Shown piece after piece: positions 47,858 through 56,319 of a stretch of 64,000 nt of DNA. The position numbers and the translations under genes were made by a program. This DNA comes from an uncultured delta proteobacterium (lineage in GTDB: Bacteria; Desulfobacterota; Desulfobaccia; Desulfobaccales; 0-14-0-80-60-11): NCBI GenBank assembly GCA_963739295.1, contig CAVTZS010000015.1, positions 13,574 through 77,573 on the forward strand, read 5' to 3'. The notes under the pieces were generated by a model, which saw only the letters and a program-made list of their open reading frames with translations, did not search any database and was not told where the DNA came from. Each line of letters starts with the position of its first letter. The stretch's first letter is position 1.

Positions 47858-48919
47858 ATGATGACTGATTTATCCCAGGTAATTTCCCGGATAGAGCCCA
47901 TCGATCCCACCTGGCTGGCCCAGGCCCAGGAGCGGCTGGATTTCCTCACCAAGCCTCCCGGCAGTTTGGGCCGGCTGGAAGAACTGGCGGCCCGATATGT
48001 GGCCATCCGCCAGGAACTGATGCCCACCCTGGAGAAGAAGCGGATCGTGGTCTTTGTCGCGGACCATGGGGTGGTGGCCGAGGGGGTCAGCGCCTTTCCC
48101 CAGGAGGTCACCTTCCAGATGGTCTACAATTTCTTGCGGGGGGGCGCGGGCATCAACGTTCTGGGCCGGCATGTGGGCGCCACGGTGGAAGTGGTGGATA
48201 TCGGGGTAGTCTATGACTTCGGGGAGGAGCCCGGACTCATCTCCCGGAAGGTGGCCTATGGCTCCCGCAACCTGGCTCAGGAGCCCGCCTTGACCCAGGA
48301 AGAGGCCGTAAAAGCCGTGATGGTGGGGGTAGAGCGGGCCCAGGAGGCCTGCGCCGCCGGGGTGGACGCCCTGGCGGCCGGGGACATGGGCATCGGCAAC
48401 ACCACCCCGGCTGCGGCCCTGGCCGCAGTCTTCACCGGACGGCCGGTGGCCGCAGTCACCGGCCGGGGCACCGGCATCGGCGATGCCGCCTTGCGCCACA
48501 AGGTGGCGGTGATTAATCGCGCCCTGTCCCTGCACAAGCCCAAGGCGGAGGAACCCCTGGCCGCGCTGGCCCAGGTGGGTGGGTTGGATATTGCCGGCAT
48601 TGCCGGATTAATCCTGGGGGCCGCGGCGTGTCGGCGCCCACTGATGCTGGACGGCTTCATCGCCACCGCGGGTGCCTTGGTCGCAGCCCGTTTGGCCCCC
48701 GCGGCGGTGGACTACCTCATTGCCGCCCACCGTTCGGTGGAGCCGGGGCATCAGACCATGCTGGACGCCTTGGGGTTGAAGCCCTTGCTGAACTTGGGAA
48801 TGCGCCTGGGAGAGGGTACCGGGGCCGCCTTAGGGATGGGGCTGCTGGAGGCCGGGATGAAGATCTACCGGGAGATGGCCACCTTCGCCGAGGCCAGAGT
48901 GGCGGAAAAGCCGGCATGA
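47858..48919 (+). CDS. cobT: nicotinate-nucleotide--dimethylbenzimidazole phosphoribosyltransferase
   Basis: LTKPPGSLGRLEEL, GDMGIGNTTPAAAL, MRLGEGTGAA. Confidence 0.9.
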   Translation: MMTDLSQVISRIEPIDPTWLAQAQERLDFLTKPPGSLGRLEELAARYVAIRQELMPTLEKKRIVVFVADHGVVAEGVSAFPQEVTFQMVYNFLRGGAGINVLGRHVGATVEVVDIGVVYDFGEEPGLISRKVAYGSRNLAQEPALTQEEAVKAVMVGVERAQEACAAGVDALAAGDMGIGNTTPAAALAAVFTGRPVAAVTGRGTGIGDAALRHKVAVINRALSLHKPKAEEPLAALAQVGGLDIAGIAGLILGAAACRRPLMLDGFIATAGALVAARLAPAAVDYLIAAHRSVEPGHQTMLDALGLKPLLNLGMRLGEGTGAALGMGLLEAGMKIYREMATFAEARVAEKPA

Positions 48920-49653
48920 AATGCACCCTGCCCCTGGCCCTGACCTTCCTCACCATCCTGCCCTGGCCCCGGCTGGGTTTGGCCGGGCCGGAAGATCTGG
49001 CCCGCTCCATGTTCTGGTTCCCCTGGGTGGGGGCCTTGTTGGGTGGCATTTATGGGGTAGCCTGGGCCGGGCTCCACAAAATCCTCCCTGCCCCCGCGGC
49101 GGCCGCCCTCCTCCTGGGTTTGACGGTATGGCTCACGGGCGCCCTCCACCAGGACGGCTTGGCGGACACCGCAGACGGCCTGGCCGGGGGTGCAAACCCC
49201 GCGGAGCGCCTGCAAATTATGAAAGACTCCCACCTGGGCACCTTCGGGGTGGTGAGCCTGATCCTGGTGCTTCTCTTAAAATTTGCCTTTTTTCTGGCCT
49301 GGGCCGATAAGGGGGCGGGCAGGATTCTCTTCCTCTATCCGGTGATCAGCCGCTGGGGGATGGTGTATCTGGCCTTCCTGTCGCCCTACGCCCGCCCCGA
49401 GGGTGGTCTGGGCCAGGCCATGACCACCGGGGTCGATGGCAAGGTGGTGGCCGGCGCCACCTTGAGCGCCCTGGCCCTGGCCCTGGTTATTTATGGCTTC
49501 CGGGGGCTGGTGCTCCTTGCCGTGGCCGCTCTCTGTGTTTGGCTGGGGAGCCTATATTTCCAGAAAAAGTTGGGCGGGGTCACCGGCGACGTCCTGGGCG
49601 CCGGCAATGAGCTGCTGGAAGTACTGGCCCTGGGAGGAAGCTTGTTTTTTTAG
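48916..49653 (+). CDS. cobS: adenosylcobinamide-GDP ribazoletransferase (cobalamin synthase)
   Basis: ATGA overlap with cobT. LTFLTILPW, HQDGLADTADGL, GGVTGDVLGA. The track ORF 48628..49653 over-extends upstream. Confidence 0.85.
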   Translation: MKCTLPLALTFLTILPWPRLGLAGPEDLARSMFWFPWVGALLGGIYGVAWAGLHKILPAPAAAALLLGLTVWLTGALHQDGLADTADGLAGGANPAERLQIMKDSHLGTFGVVSLILVLLLKFAFFLAWADKGAGRILFLYPVISRWGMVYLAFLSPYARPEGGLGQAMTTGVDGKVVAGATLSALALALVIYGFRGLVLLAVAALCVWLGSLYFQKKLGGVTGDVLGAGNELLEVLALGGSLFF

Positions 49654-49658
49654 TCTTT

Positions 49659-49687
49659 TTGACAAATGATTACGGTTCAGTTATAAT
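49659..49687 (+). promoter_or_regulatory. sigma-70-type promoter (consensus -35 and -10)
   Basis: TTGACA (49659-49664), 17-nt spacer, TATAAT (49682-49687). GAGGA SD at 49703, ATG at 49717. Confidence 0.6.
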
Positions 49688-49695
49688 TGAAATAA
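49683..49695 (+). repeat. 13-bp direct repeat ATAATTGAAATAA, left copy
   Basis: Identical 13-mer at 51348-51360. Confidence 0.6.
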
Positions 49696-49716
49696 CTCCT
49701 TTGAGGAATTAGTAAT

Positions 49717-50868
49717 ATGCCACGCACTATAGAAACGAGTGTAAATCCCAAAGTATTGCAATGGGCTAGAGAGAGTATTGGATTGGGAGTTAATAATGTC
49801 GCTAAAAAAGTGAAATTAAAAGAGGAAGCAATAAGAAAATGGGAATCGGGTGAGGGTAAAATTAGGTTAACTCAGCTAGAAAAACTTGCCGATATTTATA
49901 AACGACCATTAGCAGCATTTTTCCTATCGAGCCCACCAAAAGAACCACCATTACCTGATGATTTCCGTGGATTAGCAAAAGGTCAATTAGCATTTTCTTC
50001 AAAAACATTACTTGGAATTAGAAGAGTAAGATATATTCAATCATTATATTTTGATTTGGCTGCATCAATGAATGTTCGGCCGAATGCGAAAATAAAAAAA
50101 ATAGAACTATCGAATAATCCAGAACTATTGGCAAATGAGATAAGAAATCAATTAAACATTCATATAGAAGACCAATTCCAATGGAATGACGAAAGAAGCG
50201 CCCTTATCGAATGGAAAAAAATAATAGAAAGCCAAGGGGTATTAGTTTTAGAAATTGCTATGCCTTTAGAAGAAGCAAGGGCTTTCTCATTGGCTGGCGA
50301 AGGAATACCGGTTGTTGTGCTCAATTACAGCGATTACCCTAATGGAAGGATTTTTTCAATATTTCACGAATATGCTCATATTCTGCTTAATCATGGCGGA
50401 ATATGTAATCCTTTGGCAGAAGAGACAGAGGAAATCTCAATAGAAAAATTCTGTAACCATTTTGCTGGAGGTTTTTTAGTTCCAAAGACTGCCTTATTAA
50501 AGTTAAATGAAGAATATGATAAGAAGTATGATATTGATAAAAAATTAACTAAACTTGCTAGCAAATTTAAAGTTAGTAGACAAGTAATCTTAAGACGATT
50601 ACTATCGTTGGAATTAATTAACAAAGATTATTTCCAAAGAAAGAATCAAGAGTTAATTGCTGAATTTAAAAGAATTAAAAGACAGATAAGAGGGAGGGCT
50701 GTTCCTTCCGAACAGTGTATTCGGAAAAATGGATTTTACTTTGTTTCACTAGTTTTAGATGCTTATAGAGGAGGTAAAATAACCTATAGCGATGTTTCGG
50801 ATTACTTAGGTATAAAACTTAAATATGTTCCTAAGGTTGAAGAACGCCTTGGGGAAATATTTTCTTAA
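49717..50868 (+). CDS. XRE-type HTH fused to ImmA/IrrE-family zinc metallopeptidase
   Basis: N-terminal HTH-like VLQWARESIGLGVNNVAKKVKLKEEAIRKWESGEGKIRLTQLEKLADIY. HEYAHILLNH is the HExxH motif. Confidence 0.75.
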   Translation: MPRTIETSVNPKVLQWARESIGLGVNNVAKKVKLKEEAIRKWESGEGKIRLTQLEKLADIYKRPLAAFFLSSPPKEPPLPDDFRGLAKGQLAFSSKTLLGIRRVRYIQSLYFDLAASMNVRPNAKIKKIELSNNPELLANEIRNQLNIHIEDQFQWNDERSALIEWKKIIESQGVLVLEIAMPLEEARAFSLAGEGIPVVVLNYSDYPNGRIFSIFHEYAHILLNHGGICNPLAEETEEISIEKFCNHFAGGFLVPKTALLKLNEEYDKKYDIDKKLTKLASKFKVSRQVILRRLLSLELINKDYFQRKNQELIAEFKRIKRQIRGRAVPSEQCIRKNGFYFVSLVLDAYRGGKITYSDVSDYLGIKLKYVPKVEERLGEIFS

Positions 50869-51339
50869 ATGAATAAAGGCTTGTTTCAGAAATATTGCAT
50901 AGACACAAGTTCTCTAATAGAATTAAGGCATTACCCTCGGGTAACATTCCCTTCATTGTGGGAGAAGATTGAGGAACTTATAGGTCAGGGAATTCTAATA
51001 GCTCCTAGGGAGGTATATAGGGAACTTAAGCAACAAGCAGACGATATATATTTTTGGGCAAAGAATAATAAAACAATGTTTAAGGCTATAAATGGAAAAG
51101 AGTTATCAGAAGTGAAAGATATTTTAAAAGTTTATCCAGACCTTATTAATTATAATAAAACTACACCCGACGCCGATCCTTTCATCATTGCTTTAGCTAA
51201 GCATAGAGCATGTACTGTTATTACTCAAGAAAGATTGAAGCCTTCTGGTAAACCAAAAATTCCAAATGTTTGCAAAGATTATGGAATTAACTGTATTGAT
51301 TTATTAAGTTTATTTATTGAGCAAGAATGGTCTTTTTGA
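50869..51339 (+). CDS. DUF4411-family (PIN-like nuclease fold) protein
   Basis: ATG immediately follows the upstream TAA. YCIDTSSLIEL, DADPFIIALAK, VITQE match the recalled DUF4411 pattern. Confidence 0.7.
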   Translation: MNKGLFQKYCIDTSSLIELRHYPRVTFPSLWEKIEELIGQGILIAPREVYRELKQQADDIYFWAKNNKTMFKAINGKELSEVKDILKVYPDLINYNKTTPDADPFIIALAKHRACTVITQERLKPSGKPKIPNVCKDYGINCIDLLSLFIEQEWSF

Positions 51340-51347
51340 AAAAGTGG

Positions 51348-51360
51348 ATAATTGAAATAA
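51348..51360 (+). repeat. 13-bp direct repeat ATAATTGAAATAA, right copy
   Basis: Identical to 49683-49695. Confidence 0.6.
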
Positions 51361-51453
51361 TGATGGAATATTATTTATGATGAAATAGTGATAACCTATT
51401 GATATAATATTAAAAATATAGAATAATTAAGTTAGATAAAAAAGGAGTACAAT

Positions 51454-52564
51454 ATGTTACCTGAAATAGCCGAAATCCGGGCCAAATTGAAAGAATTTAA
51501 AGATAAGCTCACGCTCCTCCGAGGGCATCTTTGATCTGGAGGACAAGCAGGCCAGATTAGCAGAGTTAGAAAAGCAACTGGCCACGCCGGGACTGTGGGA
51601 GGATGCCACCCAGGCCGCCGACCTCTTAAGAGAGCGCAGCGCCCTGACCCAGGTGGTGGAAGATTGCCAGCAGCACTTTAAGCAGGTGGAGGACCTGGAA
51701 GTCCTGCTGGACCTAGCCCTGGAAGAGGACGATCAAGGGGCCCTGAAGGATGTGGCCCAGGACCTGGCCGTCCTGGAGGAAACCTATCAGGGTTGGGAGC
51801 TCAAGCTCCTTTTTACCGAAGAAGACCAGAAGAACGCCATCATTACCATCCATGCCGGCGCCGGCGGCACTGAGGCCCAGGATTGGGCCGAAATCTTGCT
51901 GCGCATGTATCTGCGCTATGCGGAACGCAAGGCCTTCAAGACCGAGACCCTGGACCTGTTGGTCGGGGACGAAGCCGGGATCAAGAGCGTCACCTTTACG
52001 GCCTCGGGAGACCACGCCTACGGCTATTTGAAGAGTGAAAGCGGCATCCACCGCCTGGTGCGCATCTCTCCTTTCGATGCCAGTGGCCGCCGCCATACCT
52101 CCTTTGCCGCGGTTCAGGTGCTGCCGGAGGTGGATGAAAAAATTGAGATCGACCTCAACGAGAAGGACTTGCGGATCGATACCTTCCGGGCCAGCGGCCC
52201 CGGCGGGCAACACGTTAATAAGACCAGCTCCGCGGTGCGCATCACCCACCTGCCCAGCGGCATTGTCGTCACCTCCCAAACCGAAAGATCGCAGCACCGC
52301 AATAAAGAGCTGGCCATGAAGGTCTTGCGGGCCCGCCTCTACAGTCTGGAGCAGCGCAAGCGGGAAGAAAAGAAACAGGAGCTGCAAGAGTCTCAGAAAG
52401 AAATCGCCTGGGGCAGCCAGATCCGTTCCTATACCCTTCAGCCCTACCGCCTGGTGAAGGACCACCGCACCAAGCACGAGGAAGGCAACGTGGATGCGGT
52501 CCTGGACGGCGACCTGGACCCCTTCGTGGAAGCCTATTTGATGCAGCCCGGGGAGGCTAAGTAG
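51454..52564 (+). CDS. prfB: peptide chain release factor 2, with programmed +1 frameshift (51454..51531 joined to 51533..52564)
   Basis: AAGGAG SD. MLPEIAEIRAKLKEFKDKLTLLRGHL, then in-frame TGA at 51532. The +1 frame continues DLEDKQARLAELEKQL... with SPF and GGQ motifs (SPFDASGRRHTSF, GPGGQHVNKTSSAVRITH). Confidence 0.9.
51522..51535 (+). promoter_or_regulatory. prfB autoregulatory +1 frameshift site
   Basis: GAGGG (SD-like), CAT, then CTT TGA T. Same layout as the classical AGGGGG-UAU-CUU-UGA-C site. Confidence 0.85.
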
Positions 52565-52645
52565 GTTGATGGGAGGGCTGGGGGCTGCGGCCTTTACCCC
52601 TGCGCAGCCGCATCTCAGGGCCATAAGTCCCAAAGAGGAGCATTC

Positions 52646-54376
52646 ATGAAAGTTTCCAGGTCGGCGCTTTTGGGGTTGGGGGCTCTGGTCGTGCTGGTGG
52701 CCGCCCTCTGGTACACCAGTCGTGCGGTTACCCCCAAGGAAGCCACCCGGGAGGACGTGCTGACCGAAGCCAGAGATGGCGGCTACCGGATCATCGACAC
52801 GGAAGAACTTTGGGAATATTGCCGCCAAGGCGCCCAAGACCTGCTGCTGGTGGACGTCCGGCCCGAGTGGGACTACCAGAAAGGTCATATCCAAGGGGCG
52901 GTTAACTTTCCTCTGGAACCCACCGCCTGGTCCAGATGGTGGAAAAAAGAGGCCCTGGAAAATTTTCTGGGACCTGATCGAAACCGGATAATCGTCTTTT
53001 ACTGAGCCGGGCTGGCCTGAGTCCGGAGCGACTCGGCGGCCCGGGTGGCCGTTAGAATCGGTTATAAGAACGTCTGCCGTGACCCCAGGGGCTTCCCGGA
53101 GTGGCAGTCCCGGGGTTTGCCGGTGGAACGCCCCTCGCTTGAACTCGCCGCCATCTCCCTGGACCCCAAGATTCCCGGGCCCTTATATGGCTGGGCCATG
53201 ATTTGGACGCTGCTGATGATCTTTGTCGGGGGCGTGGCTCTCAATCTGACCCCGTGCGTCTATCCCCTCCTGCCCATCACCGTCTCCTGTTTCGGGGGTC
53301 GCAGCGGCCAGACCCGGGGCCGGCTGGTGATCCACGGGCTGCTCTATGTAGGGGGCCTGTGTCTCACCAACTCCCTCCTGGGGGTGGCGGCGGCCCTGAC
53401 CGGGGGCCTTATGGGGGCCATGTTGCAAAGCCCCTGGGTGCTGGTGGCCGTGGCCGCGATCCTGGTCTTTTTTGCCACCAGCATGTTTGGCTTCTGGGAA
53501 CTGCGTCTGCCCGGGGGCCTGACCCGGGCCGCGGCCAAATCTTGCGCCGGTTACTTCGGCAGCCTGTTCATGGGATTGACCCTGGGGGTGGTGGCCGCGC
53601 CCTGCGTCGGTCCCTTTGTGCTGGGCCTGCTTACCTGGGTGGCCAGCCTGGGCTCCCCGCTCCTGGGTTTTATGGTGTTCTTCACTCTGAGCCTGGGCCT
53701 GGGTCTGCCTCTCTTCTTCCTGGCGGTCTTTTCCGGGAGCTTGGAAAAGCTTCCCCGTTCGGGGGAATGGCTTATCTGGGTGCGCCAGCTCATGGGCTGG
53801 GTCCTCCTCGGCATGGCCGCCTATTTTATCAGGCCGGTTCTTTTCGATCCTTGGGGAGTAATCCTCCTGGCGGCCATCGCCCTGGGAGCGGGGGTGCACC
53901 TGGGCTGGCTCGACCATACCATGGCCCATTTCCGGGCTTTTCCGTGGCTGAAGGCTGGCGCGGCGCTGGCGGGCCTCCTCCTGGCCCTCCTCTTCCTGGC
54001 AACCTGGGCGCTGCGCAGCCCCGGAATGGTCTGGCAGCCTTATTCCGAGGAGCTTCTGGCGGAAGCCAGGTTGCAGGGAAAACCGGTAATTATCGACTTT
54101 TATGCTATCTGGTGCGCCCCGTGCCAGGAAATGGAAAAGACTACCTTTCGTAATCCAGATATTGTTAAAATCGCGGCCCGGAATTTTATTACCATCAGGG
54201 TAGATCTCACCCGGTCCGGGAACCCCCTCAACCAGCGGTTGCTGAGGCAGTATGGGATCAAAGGGGTGCCCACGGTGATATTTTTGGATAGCCAGGGCCA
54301 GGAGCGCCCTGACCTGCGCCAGGTGGGTTACCTGCCGGCCGAGCAATTCCGTAACCGGATGGCCCAGATAAAATGA
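52646..54376 (+). CDS. rhodanese - DsbD/CcdA-type transmembrane core - thioredoxin fusion; two in-frame TGA codons (53003, 53018) read as putative selenocysteine
   Basis: One frame throughout (53045-52646 = 399). It reads ...RNRIIVFY-TGA-AGLA-TGA-VRSDSAARVAVRIGYKNV...FPEWQSRGLPVE. The first ORF stops at the rhodanese active-site loop and the second begins mid-domain. Downstream: LNLTPCVYP, AAPCVGP (DsbD core), FYAIWCAPCQ (Trx). Confidence 0.65.
53014..53041 (+). promoter_or_regulatory. SECIS-like hairpin after TGA 53003
   Basis: GGCC-UGAGUC-cggagc-GACUCG-(gc)-GGCC. The stem includes the second TGA. Confidence 0.4.
53035..53053 (+). promoter_or_regulatory. SECIS-like hairpin after TGA 53018
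   Basis: GGCGGCC-cgggu-GGCCGUU, starting 15 nt after the TGA. Confidence 0.45.
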
Positions 54377-54439
54377 ATGGAAGACAAAATGGGTCGCAGA
54401 CCCTTCGGCCCATATAGGAAAGGAAATTTAGGAGGTAAC

Positions 54440-54757
54440 ATGCTGAAGGTCAGGTGCTTCCTTAACGAACCCAACGGCAAACCCTGAAAGCATTTTCTCA
54501 AGATGGTGCCCAGGTTGGGCCAAAAATACCCCCTTGAGACGGAATTCATCTCCAAGCCTAAGGCCGAATACCAGACCGAGGAATACTTTGAGCTGGACCT
54601 GCCCGTGGCCCCCGCGGTGATGGTGGGCGAAGAGATCGTGGTGGAAGGCTCGGACGTGACGGAAGACACCCTGGAGGCGAAAATTCGCCTACACCTGGGC
54701 CTGCCTCCCCTGGAGCAGGCAAAAAAGGGAATTCTGAGCCGCTGGCTCGGGAAGTGA
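54440..54757 (+). CDS. small thioredoxin-fold-like protein with in-frame TGA (54485), putative selenoprotein
   Basis: Strong SD TAGGAGGT 6 nt before ATG 54440. MLKVRCFLNEPNGKP-TGA-KHFLKMVPRLGQKYP... is in frame with track ORF 54503..54757, which itself has no SD. PAVMVGEEIVVEGSDVTEDTLEAKI resembles the C-terminal half of small Trx/Grx-like proteins. Confidence 0.5.
54506..54521 (+). promoter_or_regulatory. SECIS-like hairpin after TGA 54485
   Basis: G-(u bulge)-GCCCA-ggu-UGGGC-C. The loop lies 26-28 nt after the TGA. Confidence 0.45.
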
Positions 54758-54766
54758 GGAGATTGT

Positions 54767-54808
54767 TTGGGGGAGGGCAGGGAGCTCAGCTCCCTGGCCC
54801 TCCCCCCA
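54767..54808. repeat. intergenic repeat, solo hp1 hairpin
   Basis: TTGGGGGAGGGCAGGGAGCTCAGCTCCCTGGCCCTCCCCCCA. Confidence 0.85.
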
Positions 54809-54864
54809 ACATTCCTTTAACCATCGCTTAAACCCGCTAGGACCCAGCGGGGTTATTTGGTGGG

Positions 54865-55707
54865 TCAGGTGGAGCCGGGTTTGCAGAAGCTTTCTTTTCC
54901 AGGTTCCACCAGGATTTGGGCCTGGGCCTCGATGGATGCTTGCGCCTTGGCATCCACCAGTTTTTCCCCGTAGAACAGAGCGCCTTCCGTATAGGCCGAG
55001 CTTTTGAATCCCGTATAGCCGGCCAAACCCGCCCGGTGGAAGCCAACCTGGAGCATGAGGGCCAGGAAATCCTTTCCTGGTATGGCCCCGCCGATTCACT
55101 GATACCAGTTTTCCGCCTTGCCGGCTATCTCAGGCGGCAGGTCTTGCACCAGAACCATGTCGGCCAGCATCAGGCGACCCCCGGCCTTCAGCACTCGCTG
55201 CGCTTCCCTTAAGGCCTTTTCTTTATCCAAAGTCAGGTTGAAGACCCCGTTGGAGATAATCACGTCAAATTCGTTATCCGGGAAGGGCAGAGATTCGGCT
55301 TCGCCCACCTGGAAGGTGACGTTTTCTAAACCCAGCAGGGCGAGGTTGGCCCTGGCCTTCTCGATCATCTCCGGCGTCACGTCCAGGCCCACCACCCGGC
55401 CCCGGGGGCCCACCAGCTTGGCGGCCACCAGGGTGTCAAAGCCATTCCCGCAGCCAATATCCAGGACGGCCTCTCCCGCATAGAGCGGGCCCAGGCTGAA
55501 GGGATTTCCCACCCCGCAGAAGGAGTCCACGATGGGTTTAGGAAAAACCCGGATAATTTCCGGAGGATATTTTTGCTGCCTGAGCCCCTCTTCCCCGATG
55601 GGGTACTGGAAGCAGCAGGCGGTGCCCGAGGCCGCCACCCGGGAATATTTTTCCCGGATGCCATCCCGGATGGTGACCCTTTCTTGATCCGTCAGGTGTT
55701 GCGTCAT
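54865..55707 (-). CDS. ArsM-like SAM-dependent methyltransferase with in-frame TGA (55098..55096), putative selenoprotein
   Basis: VLDIGCGNGFD (motif I), N-terminal CC pair, FCGVGNP, then ...AENWYQ-TGA-IGGAIPGKDFLALMLQVGF. This aligns with the ArsM W.GC(V/I)AGA...GF segment. The two track ORFs (55096..55707 and 54865..55056) are in one frame. The SNC(V/I)xNL cysteine is Gly here (ISNGVFNL). Confidence 0.7.
55062..55080 (-). promoter_or_regulatory. SECIS-like hairpin after TGA 55098..55096
   Basis: Minus strand CCAGGAAA-gga-UUUCCUGG, starting 16 nt after the TGA. Confidence 0.45.
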
Positions 55708-55746
55708 GGCGCCTCTCTTAAGGATGCTTACTAACTCAAGTTTATA

Positions 55747-56319
55747 TTATTTCTTTGCCTCTTTCAGCTTTTTGCCCGCGCTCCAGGCCTTCCCGGCGTG
55801 CTCTCCCACGGTCCAGTAGTTATTGTCCGGCATGGTCAGGAGCAAGGGATTCATTTTGCGGATGTCAAGCTTGCCGTCCGTGAGGTAGCGTTCCTCGGTG
55901 TAGCTGGAGACGATTTCGCCCACGAACAGGTGATTGCCGGGGAACTCCACGATGTCCACCAGCTGACATTCCAGGCACAGGGGGCACTCCTTGATCATCG
56001 GCGCGGTTTTAAGTTCTCCGTAAAAGACCTGAAAGAGGCTGGATTTATCGGCTTTCCGGCCCGAGACCAGCCCGCAATAGTCAGTCTGGGCTACCAGGTC
56101 GGCGCTGGGAAAGTTCACGCTGAAGGTGCGGTTCTCCCGGATGCCGATGGGGGTGAAATGGCCCTGGTTGAGAGACACGGCCAGAAGGGGAGGGTTGAGG
56201 TTGACCCGGGTCAGCCAGGCCACGGCCAGGAAATTGGGCCGCCCGGCCACGTTGGCCCCCACCAGGGTCACGGGCATGGGATAGACAAAGACGTTGGTGC
56301 CAAGATTAATCTTGTTCAT
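55747..56319 (-). CDS. flavin reductase-like (FMN-binding split-barrel) protein
   Basis: MNKINLGTNVFVYPMPVTLVGANVAGRPNFLAVAW. ATGA overlap with the upstream paralogue. Confidence 0.75.
   Translation of the reverse strand: MNKINLGTNVFVYPMPVTLVGANVAGRPNFLAVAWLTRVNLNPPLLAVSLNQGHFTPIGIRENRTFSVNFPSADLVAQTDYCGLVSGRKADKSSLFQVFYGELKTAPMIKECPLCLECQLVDIVEFPGNHLFVGEIVSSYTEERYLTDGKLDIRKMNPLLLTMPDNNYWTVGEHAGKAWSAGKKLKEAKK

Larger units (their letters stand above)
49654..51440. mobile_element. visibly AT-rich two-gene insertion between cobS and prfB
   Basis: Abrupt composition change at the cobS stop. Own consensus promoter. 13-bp direct repeats at 49683 and 51348. Confidence 0.45.
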
